Assembly: GCA_964035545.1 (NCBI GenBank)
Contig: OZ037766.1
Location: forward strand, 17,447,081-17,511,080
Reading direction: 5' to 3'
Source: Bugula neritina
Lineage: Eukaryota > Animalia > Bryozoa
Length of the DNA: 64,000 nt
This document shows, piece by piece, positions 1 to 10,282 of the stretch. Positions within the stretch are counted from its first letter, which is position 1, and each line of letters opens with the position of its first letter. A model generated the notes under the pieces. The model searched no databases and was not told where the DNA came from. It worked only from the letters and a program-made list of their open reading frames with translations. The position numbers and the translations under genes are program-made.

Positions 1-196
1 GGCACAAGTACTAATGGCACCTATAATAAAGACACAAATAAAAGAATAGAAAAAAATGGCACCCTAGTGTTAAATTTTCCCAAACCCCAAACTCAAACCC
101 CCATCCTAAAACACCCAACCCAATATTAAAAATGTGCCATTCTTACCTACCCTACCATTTGTGCCATTTTAACCTGTGCCATTTTTACCGGACACC
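1..196. mobile_element. Partial MITE-like element (right part), same family as 4996-5234
   Basis: Repeated TGGCAC/GTGCCA motifs in inverted orientation around an AAACCC/CCTAA-rich core; ends GTGCCATTTTTACCGGACACC; alignable to 4996-5234. Truncated by the window edge. Confidence 0.7.
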
Positions 197-291
197 ATGC
201 TGCATAGAATTTTTGCCGCCATTTCTATGCTTACTAATATGTTAGCACAATCCTACATACACCGATATTATGCATATAAAGACTACATAAG

Positions 292-830
292 TGTCACAAA
301 TTCTGAGTGTACATATACCTATAAATAGACTTACCGGGTTTTTCCTAATGATTATACAGGAATGTTCATAAATATTCTAGACTAATCAAAGAGATGGGTC
401 ATTGTTCATTGTTACTGTTTTCGTTAGTCATGTTAACTACTGCCCAGCAATGTAAACAAGGTATTGCGCAATAATTGCGAAATAACCATGGAAATTCCGA
501 TGTTTTGTTTTGTTTTGATTTTCTATAAATAGTATTGGCATGTGAGGAATGTTTTCTACTAGAATCTTCTATACTGGAATGCTTGAGAATGTTCTAGAGT
601 GTTTTGTTTACTATAAATACTGAGGCAGTTGGGTTTACGAATCAGTTCCTTTTTATAAGTCCATTCTTGGAGTTCACTCTTATAAGTTCATCTGTGCATA
701 TCTTACTGAAGAAATAAAGTCTACTCTATTTACTCTCAACTGGATTAGCAAGCTGTATGCTACTTGTCTCTATACTTCTGACTACCAGACTTTTCGAACT
801 CGTCACACTGCTACCAACAGTTTTGTGACA
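292..830 (+). repeat. 5' LTR
   Basis: TG...CA termini with 9-bp inverted ends; TATAAATA at 612-619; AATAAA at 713-718; direct repeat of 4127-4665. Confidence 0.97.
546..619 (+). promoter_or_regulatory. LTR promoter with heat-shock-element-like nGAAn/nTTCn array upstream of TATA box
   Basis: GAA(562)-TTC(567); GAA(577)-gap-GAA(587)-TTC(592)-GAG(597) at 5-bp phasing; TATAAATA at 612. A second array GAA(360)-TTC(365)-AAA-TTC(375). The same motifs occur in the 3' LTR. Confidence 0.5.
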
Positions 831-832
831 AT

Positions 833-849
833 TGGGGGCTGCTCCGGGA
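833..849 (+). promoter_or_regulatory. Primer-binding site, tRNA-Pro-like
   Basis: TGGGGGCTGCTCCGGGA 2 nt after the 5' LTR; 15/17 match to the canonical tRNA-Pro PBS TGGGGGCTCGTCCGGGA. Confidence 0.8.
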
Positions 850-926
850 AGTCTCAGTCGCACACAGGGAAGTTATTAGTTACAACGTGAGTATACACAG
901 GATTAATTAACAGTTGTTGAGACATT

Positions 927-3900
927 ATGGCGTTGTTGGAGAGAGTGACACAGATGGGTAAAGATCTTGGATTAGTGGAGGACAAGCTTGTAGCTTTTGT
1001 TGAAAAGAACTTACCCATTGTTGCTGCACAAGAGGAAAAAGAAAAGGACCGAGAGGAGCGTAGATTAGAGCGTGAGGCAGAAAAGATCAGGCAAGAAAAT
1101 GAGAAAGCCCTAATGGAGATGAAGATAAAAGCTGATCAGGAGGCAACGGCATTCAAGGTTAAAGCTGATCAGGAGACAATGGCACTCAAGATAAAAGCTG
1201 ACCAGGAGGCAGAAGAGAGAAGACAACAACATGAATTAGATATGGAAAAGCTGAAAGCTAACACAAGTTTGGAGCACTCAAGACATGAGAGCACCAGGTT
1301 AGAAATAGCTAACAAACCAAAACCAAAAATACCATTCTTTGATGAGAAGGTGGATGAAATGGATAGCTATTTAGAGCGGTTCGAGTGGGTTGCCGAAGGA
1401 TGTAACTGGGACAAGGGAGATTGGCCCTACCATCTCAGTCAGTACCTAAGGGGTACAGCAACAGAAGCTTACATCCGGTTGTCACCTACCGATCGTAGAG
1501 ATTATAAAAGAGTCAAAGAAGCCTTGTTGGAGCGCTTTAACTTGACTCAAGAGGGCTACAGAAAAAAGCTCAGAGAGGCAGAAGCTTACGAGGATGAAAC
1601 TCCTGCCCAACTATTCACTAGGATAGAAAGTTATGTGCACAAGTGGGTGGAGCTTTCAGGGGGCATGGACATAGCCAAACTAGTGGCGACTGAACAATTT
1701 ATATCATCATGCCCAGACGACCTAGCTGTGCATTTAAAGCAAAATTCCTACAACAGCAGTGAGGATATGTGTGATGCAGCGTCACTGTTCTTGCATGCTC
1801 GTGGAAGAAAACTAGCAAAGACTAAGAAAACTAATACAAAAAGGATGGAAAACACACCCGCCGGTAGCACGAATGCTGAACAAGGAAGTAAAAGCGATGG
1901 TGCATGCTTCATCTGCAAAGATAAGTCACACATTGCTCGTAACTGCCCACGGCGAGCCAAGAAGTACTGTTCACATTGCAAGATGAACAACCACAATACT
2001 TCAGACTGCAGAAAGTATGGTGGAAGGTCAGTGCATGCTGCTGCTGCAATAGCGACTACTCAGAATAAGACTGGGGTCACAGATCCAGGAATCTCATCTA
2101 AAGTGGAAGAACCTACGGAAATCACAGTTAATGGTAAAAAGTTTGTCAACGCTGCTGTCTGCAAGAATGGACCTAAATTCAAAGATGGGGGCACAGCGAT
2201 ATTTGATGCGGAAGTTAATGGCCAACGAGCTACTGTAATGCGCGACACCGGCTGTGGTTGCATTGTAGTCAATGCAAAGTATGTGCAACCTCAACATTTA
2301 ACTGGAGAATCAGTTTATCTGAATATGGCTGATGCAAGTGTTAGGGAGGCTCAATGGGCACTTATCTCAGTACGCTCACCATTTTACAATGGTGTCGTCA
2401 AAGCTGCAGTAATGGACAAGACGATTTGTGACCTGCTTATTGGGAATGTGGATGGAGCGAGATTAGCTGACCAGCCGCTGGAAAACTGGAAGGACTGCGC
2501 CGTGACCACAAGAGCTCAAGCTGTCAAGGAAAAGTCAGGAGACAAACCACTGATGATTGATTCAAATGCTAACCCATTAAGTATAGGGAAAGATGAGATA
2601 GCCAGACTGCAGAGGGATGACCCCACATTGGAACGTTTCTTCGATGCAAAAGAAGTGAAGGAGAAAAAGGGATGCACCACTAGGTTTGTGGTGAGGAATA
2701 AGATTCTGTACCGTGAGTACACCGACTCGAAGTCTGCCAGTGTAAAACCTGTTAAACAACTCATGGTACCCAGTTCTCTGAGGAAGGAAGTTCTACAGAA
2801 AGCTCATGACTGCATAATGAGCGGACACCTAGGAGTAAAGAAAACCACTGATAGAGTGCTTTCCAACTTCTTCTGGCCAGGACTAAACGGAGATGTCGTA
2901 CGTTTCTGTCAGTCATGTGACATTTGCCAGAAGACGGTGAAAAAAGGCTCAGTCATGAAAGTTCCAGTACAGGAAACTCCACTAATTGACACCCCATTCA
3001 AGAGATGTGCAATAGACCTAGTCGGACCAATTAACCCTCCAAGTGAGAAAGGACACCGCTACATCCTAACTTTAGTTGACTATGCTACAAGATACCCTGA
3101 AGCTACACCATTGAAGAATATTGACTCAGCTACTGTAGCTGAAGCGCTGCTTGACATATACAGTCGTGTTGGGATACCAGAGGAGGTGATAAGCGACCAA
3201 GGAACTCAATTCATCTCGGACTACATGAAAGAGTTTACCAGATTACTTGACATGCGACAACTTCCTACCTCACCATACCATGCAATGGCCAATGGACTTG
3301 TGGAAAAGTTCAACGGAACCCTCAAGAGTATGTTAAAAAAGTTGTGTGCTAAAGAGCCAAGACAGTGGCATCGATTCATCAATGCGGCTCTATTTGCATA
3401 TAGAGAAGTCCCACAGGAATCAACAGGCTTCGCCCCATTCGAGTTACTCTATGGAAGAACTGTACGTGGACCAATGTACATCCTGCGACAACTTTGGACA
3501 AAAGAAGACACTGCCGATGAAGTCAAGACCTGCTATCAACATGTTTTTGAATTGAGAGAGCGTTTAGATGACATGATGGAAATGGCGCTAGCTTCGCTAA
3601 AAGACAGTCAAAAAAGATACAAACACTATTTTGACAAGAAAGCTAAGCAGAGAGACTTCAAACCTGGTGACAAAGTGCTCATTCTTCTACCTACAAATGG
3701 AAATAAATTGCTGATGCATTGGCAAGGACCATTCAATATTGAGGAGAAAGTCAGACTGAATGACTACATTATCAACATTAGAGGCAAGAGGAGAACATAC
3801 CATGCCAACATGCTGAAGAAATATTTTGAGCGGGAGACGCCTACCGACCCTATGACTGTCGGAGCTGTGATGACTCTAGATGCTGCTGGTGCTGGAATTA

Positions 3901-4067
3901 TTGATCACGATAAGGAAAGAGAAGAAAGCCAAGATGATTTGTTGGACCTGTACAGTAAGAAACAGCAGAATGATGAGATGGGCTATGTATTTACAGAACT
4001 TCAGAATCAAGGTGGAGTCAATCAAAGGAAAGGACAATGTTGGAGCCGATTATCTAAGCCGAATTGA
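927..4067 (+). CDS. Gag-protease-integrase polyprotein (1046 aa), no reverse transcriptase
   Basis: Coiled-coil N-terminus, capsid-like region (YLERFE...W), two CCHC knuckles (CFICKDKSHIARNC, CSHCKMNNHNTSDC), aspartic protease (RDTGC), integrase HHCC (AHDCIMSGHLG...CQSCDIC), DDE core (AIDLVGP, ISDQGTQF, NGLVEKFN) and GPY/F (WQGPF). No YxDD RT motif. Confidence 0.93.
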   Translation: MALLERVTQMGKDLGLVEDKLVAFVEKNLPIVAAQEEKEKDREERRLEREAEKIRQENEKALMEMKIKADQEATAFKVKADQETMALKIKADQEAEERRQQHELDMEKLKANTSLEHSRHESTRLEIANKPKPKIPFFDEKVDEMDSYLERFEWVAEGCNWDKGDWPYHLSQYLRGTATEAYIRLSPTDRRDYKRVKEALLERFNLTQEGYRKKLREAEAYEDETPAQLFTRIESYVHKWVELSGGMDIAKLVATEQFISSCPDDLAVHLKQNSYNSSEDMCDAASLFLHARGRKLAKTKKTNTKRMENTPAGSTNAEQGSKSDGACFICKDKSHIARNCPRRAKKYCSHCKMNNHNTSDCRKYGGRSVHAAAAIATTQNKTGVTDPGISSKVEEPTEITVNGKKFVNAAVCKNGPKFKDGGTAIFDAEVNGQRATVMRDTGCGCIVVNAKYVQPQHLTGESVYLNMADASVREAQWALISVRSPFYNGVVKAAVMDKTICDLLIGNVDGARLADQPLENWKDCAVTTRAQAVKEKSGDKPLMIDSNANPLSIGKDEIARLQRDDPTLERFFDAKEVKEKKGCTTRFVVRNKILYREYTDSKSASVKPVKQLMVPSSLRKEVLQKAHDCIMSGHLGVKKTTDRVLSNFFWPGLNGDVVRFCQSCDICQKTVKKGSVMKVPVQETPLIDTPFKRCAIDLVGPINPPSEKGHRYILTLVDYATRYPEATPLKNIDSATVAEALLDIYSRVGIPEEVISDQGTQFISDYMKEFTRLLDMRQLPTSPYHAMANGLVEKFNGTLKSMLKKLCAKEPRQWHRFINAALFAYREVPQESTGFAPFELLYGRTVRGPMYILRQLWTKEDTADEVKTCYQHVFELRERLDDMMEMALASLKDSQKRYKHYFDKKAKQRDFKPGDKVLILLPTNGNKLLMHWQGPFNIEEKVRLNDYIINIRGKRRTYHANMLKKYFERETPTDPMTVGAVMTLDAAGAGIIDHDKEREESQDDLLDLYSKKQQNDEMGYVFTELQNQGGVNQRKGQCWSRLSKPN

Positions 4068-4080
4068 CTCAGAATTTTAA
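3961..4080 (+). pseudogene. Out-of-frame remnant of the RNase H C-terminus
   Basis: An alternative frame reads NSRMMRWAMYLQNFRIKVESIKGKDNVGADYLSR, the Ty3/Gypsy RNase H end motif (RW...LQ...GK.N..AD.LSR), followed by a stop and the PPT. Confidence 0.88.
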
Positions 4081-4126
4081 GTAGTTAGGAGAAATGATCA
4101 AGATAATTTCTCTTAGAATGGGGGGT

Positions 4127-4665
4127 TGTCACAAATTCTGAGTGTACATATACCTATAAATAGACTTACCGGGTTTTTCCTAATGATTATACAGGAATGT
4201 TCATAAATATTCTAGACTAATCAAAGAGATGGGTCATTGTTCATTGTTACTGTTTTCGTTAGTCATGTTAACTACTGCCCAGCAATGTAAACAAGGTATT
4301 GCGCAATAATTGCGAAATAACCATGGAAATTCCGATGTTTTGTTTTGTTTTGATTTTCTATAAATAGTATTGGCATGTGAGGAATGTTTTCTACTAGAAT
4401 CTTCTATACTGGAATGCTTGAGAATGTTCTAGAGTGTTTTGTTTACTATAAATACTGAGGCAGTTGGGTTTACGAATCAGTTCCTTTTTATAAGTCCATT
4501 CTTGGAGTTCACTCTTATAAGTTCATCTGTGCATATCTTACTGAAGAAATAAAGTCTACTCTATTTACTCTCAACTGGATTAGCAAGCTGTATGCTACTT
4601 GTCTCTATACTTCTGACTACCAGACTTTTCGAACTCGTCACACTGCTACCAACAGTTTTGTGACA
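4127..4665 (+). repeat. 3' LTR
   Basis: Preceded by PPT AGAATGGGGGGT; same sequence as 292-830; followed by TSD ATAAG. Confidence 0.97.
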
Positions 4666-4800
4666 ATAAGCATAACCCTATAGTAAGCACAGTACTACAT
4701 AAGCATATTATGTAGTACCATAATAAGCATCATATAATCAGCTGTGTTTGTGACACACTAGTAATATGACTATAGCACTATAGTACTATAGTGAAGAAGC

Positions 4801-5270
4801 AGCTGTAGTCTAAGGGCTATCGAGTGTTTCACTTAGCAAGCATGGCGTCATGGGTTCCAACCCCAGTAAAAGTCATTGCTGATGCTAGGAAGAGCATCCA
4901 CTCATAATTGCTCCTGTGCCGCATAAATGAATAAGTCCTTAGCTCGCTTTAAAAAATATAACTTTCCCATCATGCAGGTGTTTCTCACAATTTTAGGTAA
5001 AAATGGCACAGGTAATAATGACACGTCTAATAAGGGCACAAATGGAAAAGTAAGAAAAAATGGCACACTGATGTTAAACTTTTTCAAACCCCAAATCTGA
5101 ACCCCCATTTCCAAACCCAAACCCCCATCCTAAACACCTAAAGCCCACCTCAAACCCTAATATTAAAAATATGCCATTTTTACCTACTTCGCCATTTGTG
5201 CCATTATTACCGGTGCCATTTTTACCGGTCACCGTTTTTAACAGGATAGTGACTATAAACTTGCGTGAGT
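4801..5270 (+). mobile_element. tRNA-derived SINE-like element interrupted by a MITE
   Basis: A-box-like TAGTCTAAGGG and B-box-like GGGTTCCAACCC head; the body (AGGAAGAGCATCCACTCATAATTGCTCCTGTGCC...TTCTCACA|GGATAGTGACTATAAACTTG) matches the uninterrupted copy at 23015-23145. Confidence 0.65.
4996..5234. mobile_element. MITE with tandem-repeat subterminal inverted repeats (Mutator/Phantom-like architecture)
   Basis: GGTAAAAATGGCAC...GTGCCATTTTTACC inverted ends, right terminus GGTCACCG, imperfect 9-bp flanking repeat TTTCTCACA/TTTTTAACA. Confidence 0.7.
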
Positions 5271-6066
5271 TACTATAACACTATAGTCACATAACCAGTG
5301 TATTAAGAGGTTTCTTTTTGGAGATTTGTGATAAACACAACGCCTTCTTTACTTAACTTGACAGAGAAAGAAAGAAAGCATATCTCCTCAAACTTTTAGT
5401 GTTACTTTAAGCTGTTTAGTAGTGCTGTCTACTACTGCAACATTTTTATAAACTCCTCCAGATACAGTCAACAGTACAGTGCTCCAAGATTTATTTTCAG
5501 ACATAACTAAACATGCAGCAATGTAATTAATAATTGTATCTCATAAGGAACTGCTGCATTACATTCTCATACATTTGGGGGTTAGTCTTATATTCTGAAA
5601 AGCAAGATATTAGTTCAAAATGTGGTATGCTCACGACTATGGCAGAGGATATCAATATTATTTTTATATACTCTCTGTAGCTTCAAGATACTTAAAGATT
5701 CTATTATTCATAACATATGTGAGCTGTTAAAAATTGAGTTGTGTCTGATAAAAGACCTAATCCGATAAAATTTTATTGATTAAATGGAGCGTAAATTGTT
5801 CTAATATGATTGATTCATGTTTTCCTTTTTAACTTCTAGCGTTGTGAGTTTTAGATCTATGCAATGCGTCTAAGTACGTACGTATGTATGTACGAGTACA
5901 TATATATATAGCCCTATGTACCCTACAATGTTTTATATCTGAAACTTAAACTTAAACTGCTATAATGCTTTGTATTTAGCTTAAATAACAGTGCTTAAGT
6001 TGTGCATTTAGTAATATCCCATAATTATGCTTGAAATAATCATACTAAATTTGTCTTTAATTTCAG

Positions 6067-7494
6067 ACCTATCATCTATGTGTCAAGGAGTATATGGCTA
6101 AAGGCAGAGATGGTTATGCTATGTTAATAGATTGTCCAGTTATAGTTGGAGCTCAATCAGGCCTGGTTCTCTCTACATGTTTACAAAACTTTTTTGAAGG
6201 AAGTCTGCGTCCTTGCAAGTCAAGAGGCTGTTTACACAGGTATGATTCATGTTGTTCAATTACAGTAAGCTACTTAAACAGAATGCTAACAATCTGTATC
6301 ATGTTGTGATATAATTATTTTCTTATTTTACTATGTTTGATTAGGATAATATGACTCTTTTTTGCTTTTTAATCTTCAATGTTATCCACAATATATTGTC
6401 TTTTACCATCTCTTCTTTTCCTTGTACCTTCTACCTCTGCTTACAGTTTTTCACAAACCTTCCCTTCACTTATATGTTCTCTCTTTTTCTTTTCTGGCAA
6501 CTTCTTCACAACATTTTTTTTCACCCAGTACTCATCTCTCCTTAACACCATAAATCACTTTAGTCTAGACTTTTTCAACTTCATTTAAAATCTATCTATG
6601 CCTGTTGTTTATCTGATGAACTCTTTCTATTCCTTTCTATCCTTTGTGTCCTCATCACTTTCATATAGCTATAAGCCAAGATATTTTTGCAACTCTTCTA
6701 AATTATCCCTCTGCATTCTAGTTATTCCTAGACTCTACAATACTGCTGGCAAATATATACATACTTTCCCTTCAACTTAGCTGACACATTCTTACCATAT
6801 GTACTGCCTAAAAACATTGTTGATTCATTCTTTTCTAAACCTCTTGGCCTGCATGGCAGCTCAAAGTATCATAGTAAAAGGTATTTTTTTGTTTCCAGTA
6901 TATGGTTTAAAGCTTCCTTCTTATTCATAAATCACTAATCTAAGACTCAACAGAAATGCTGGGAAGCATTCTTCGCCTCCATAACACTGTTATATCAGCA
7001 AATCTAGTAGGATGTTCCATAGAAATTTATGTTTTGCTCAGCCAGTCAGTCAGTCTTTTAATGCCGCTAATAAAGACGGTGGTAACATATAAGCATTATA
7101 ATATAATTCATTTTAATAGTGTTTGCATTATACAAATGATATTAAAATGTGAAAAAAATTTTTTTGCAGCTACTATGTCAGCTAATTACAAATTTATTGA
7201 CAACAAATATATCTTTGAATGAGTGCATATAATCTGACATCACATTTTATTCAACCTGAGAGATGAGCCATTGTATTGCTAAATGATTTCATGTTACAAT
7301 TTACTTAATGTGTTCAAACTAGACGTAATATTCGTTTAAGTTTTTGTATTTACAGAGGTTGCAACAATGAACAAAATGATGCCATATCACATCACCAGCA
7401 AATGTTGTCACATGAATCTGAAACCAGAAAGATTCCTCCGGTGACGGGTAGAATTCGAAACACAAGCACCCCTAATCTTTTAAGAAGTTTTTAG
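6067..7494 (+). CDS. 5'-nucleotidase family protein, last two coding exons (upstream exons outside the window)
   Basis: Exon 6067-6239 (TYHLCVKEYMAKGRDGYAMLIDCPVIV...GLVLSTCLQNFF) and exon 7356-7494 (...RKIPPVTGRI...stop) have AG/GT sites and matching phase 2; motifs Y.A.G.DGY and P...GRI are typical of the 5'-nucleotidase C-terminal domain. Confidence 0.8.
6470..6800 (-). mobile_element. Degraded RTE-clade LINE 3' fragment in an intron
   Basis: The minus strand reads KNVSAKLKGK...EFIR*TTGIDRF*MKLKKSRLK*FMVLRRDEYWVKKML, resembling the RTE ORF C-terminus (RNE.IR...RLRWFGHV.RRD), with stops and frameshifts. Confidence 0.6.
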
Positions 7495-10282
7495 ACTTGC
7501 CTGCAAAAATATTGTACTTCTGGCACACAACTGAATCTCCTATGCAGAAAAGAACTATTTATTTATTGTTTTCAAATATATTTTTGTACTGCAAAAGTGT
7601 AAGCTCAATTATAAATGAATCAGAAAAGGTTACCAAAGTTTTGAGTTTCTACTAACAATTACACATATTTTGAATTTCAGGTCTAGCTTATCCTAAATGT
7701 CAATGGCGATAAAGACTAATTTCAATGCTTATTATCATAGACTAGTCTACTTGACTTAGTAGCAGTAGTACTCATAGGGCTACAAACAAACTCTGCTCAT
7801 CATTATTTAGCTAGCTTACATTTTGCGATTCAGTTTTATGTCTTTATTTCAAACAATTTTGAATTATTCAGGATAGCAGCGTGATTCCAAAAGGAAATAA
7901 GTTATAACAGGGCAGTTAAGCCATTTGTAAATACAATTTGCTATTCTACTTTTGCTCTGATTGACTACCCTATGTATTGTGTGTGGCAGTGGATGTTCAC
8001 TAATACCGTGTCATACTCCTCATACTTAAACCGCTGCTCAATGTGGGCCTAGCATGCACAAGCTGCCAACCGTGTAATCACACAATATTGCTTTTAGTCT
8101 TATACTGCATTTATGACTTGCTATTCACGTATCAATAATGTGTACTTCAACAACCATGATCTATCTTTTTACTCTTTAAATACTGCAATCAGAAACACTT
8201 TTCTAAAAAGAGTAGCTTATAAAAGTAAGCAAAGCTTCAAAATATACAGCACCTAATTAGGTTAATTACATTTGAGCTGAAACTGTTATACGTTCTTACA
8301 TTCTATCTGTTTATTTTCTTGCTATAGGTTTCTTATAGTTCTGAAACCAAAACAGACTGATTTAGGTTCTAAAATAATTTTTTTTCTGGTTCATTATTTA
8401 TGAAACTGAAAACTACTAGAAACAAAATACGACACTAGCTTGCTAAAATTGACTGCAGTATGCATATTATATAAAAGAGAAAACATCTTCAATTAAAACA
8501 ATAAAAATGCTATACAAGGAGTGGATGAAAGATATGGAAACTAATGAAAAGAAATTGTAGTATTGCTCAAAAGGCTATGTAGATGATAAGCTATATCTAT
8601 ATCAATAAAAGTAGCCTACAATTAAAAAACTGGTAATATGATATGCAGCTTAAATCAGTATACAAAACCAGCATGCAAACACTTCTGAAACTTTAAAAAT
8701 TACTGATTATGGAAAGCAGATGGGAGGTCATAAGGTCAACGTTCATGTATAGATACTCAGTGAGTGTAAGGAAGTTGTCACATAGAAAAGCTTTACTGTG
8801 AGACCTTAACTATTACTGGAAGTTGTGCACTACCCATCAGTTCCAGAAAAGCAAGAGCTGTTTTGACAACTAATATGAATTAGATGTGAAAAATAGTTTT
8901 ATTGATAAAATATATATATGGTTTCAATATACACACTGACAAAACTATAATAGCTTGATCCCCTATATTTATATAAACGAAAAAATGAATAAAAAAAACA
9001 TCCAATGACATTGCTGCCTTTAAAGATCTTTGGATGAAATAAAATTAATAAGCAAAACAAATAATGAAAACAATGAACATAGCAGTGTGCACAAATTCTA
9101 ATATGATCATTATTATGATTAATATTATAATATCTTCAAAGTTTAACTTCTCTTTCTAAGCTTCTGAAATATTTGTGTGCAGTTTTTGCTACGTTCATAA
9201 TTGGATGACTTATATAAAATTCAAGACTTTAGAGTTTATTTTTTCAATAATTCTAACTTAGCAATTTGAAAGTGGTTAGTAAATATATATGACCGCATTT
9301 TATATATTTTATAACTCAGTCATAACACTACCTACTGCAGCAGCTTGGCATAAAATAACACGATATGGGCTGATTATTTTACAGTTGGGCGATAACATAG
9401 CAATATAATTTTGCCTACCTTTGATTGGTGAAAGCTCTGGTAGCGTAAAATTTCGGTGCAAGGCTTCCTTTGCAACTATGACAATTTATATAGTAAATGC
9501 TTATAATAGGCCAAGACAGGAGCTGGTACAGTATGGTGCTTAAATGGAAGTTGCATAATCGGTTCAATTTTTGCAGTCTAATTTTGAAAGGTTACGCATC
9601 ACTTATTAGATAGTGCATGAAGGGGGGGGGGGTGTCGTATAACTATCATATATACTATAATAAGTTATAGTTATATCTTGCGCAATATGTGGCATGACTG
9701 AAACCTGATATTGTTATATTATAAAAACATACTCTTGCTGTATCCATGTAATACTACCACTTTGATATCTTGCACAAACATCACCTCTTCTCTTGAATCG
9801 CTTGGTAAAGCATAATAACCATACTACACACATGTATGTAATGATCGTATATCGTATAATAGTTGATGAATTTTTATTTAGATTTGAAATTATTTTTTTG
9901 TAATTTCAAAAATGACATTCAAATTGAACTTTCTGTCTCGCAAGTCATTGCTAGATAAGAAACGGCACCAAATCTAAATTCTAAACCAATTGCAACTATA
10001 TCAGTTGCCTGACTAATGAGTTTTCAATGTGCTTCAGTCAACTTCCAAAAATACAAGCATTCATTCATAAAATAATTTCAATTCTAGAATACATGATTAC
10101 TGGCAATAATAAATTGCATGAAAGAATTAGGATACCTGCAGCTCATAAAGAATTAATATGTTGATCTTGCTTGTTGAGACAAAAACTGTAGCATTTTGGC
10201 TGCACATAAAATGCACTTTATATAAGTCTGTATTATGTAGTCAAGTTGACACCTGCACTCACTTTTGAGCACAGCAAACAAC

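Larger units (their letters stand above)
292..4665 (+). mobile_element. Gmr1-like Ty3/Gypsy LTR retrotransposon, internally deleted (lacks RT and most of RNase H)
   Basis: LTRs 292-830 and 4127-4665 (539 bp, TGTCACAAA...TTTGTGACA, no difference seen); 5-bp TSD ATAAG (287-291, 4666-4670); PBS 833-849; PPT 4115-4126; a Gypsy-type integrase directly follows the protease, the Gmr1 domain order. Confidence 0.95.

Noticed and set aside
927-4067. Domesticated integrase gene or Ginger-type DNA transposon
   Set aside because: LTRs, PBS, PPT, TSD, Gag/protease and an RNase H remnant show it is a deleted LTR retroelement.
4801-4865. tRNA gene
   Set aside because: A/B-box-like motifs are present but there is no complete cloverleaf; it continues into a dispersed repeat body, so it is treated as a SINE head.
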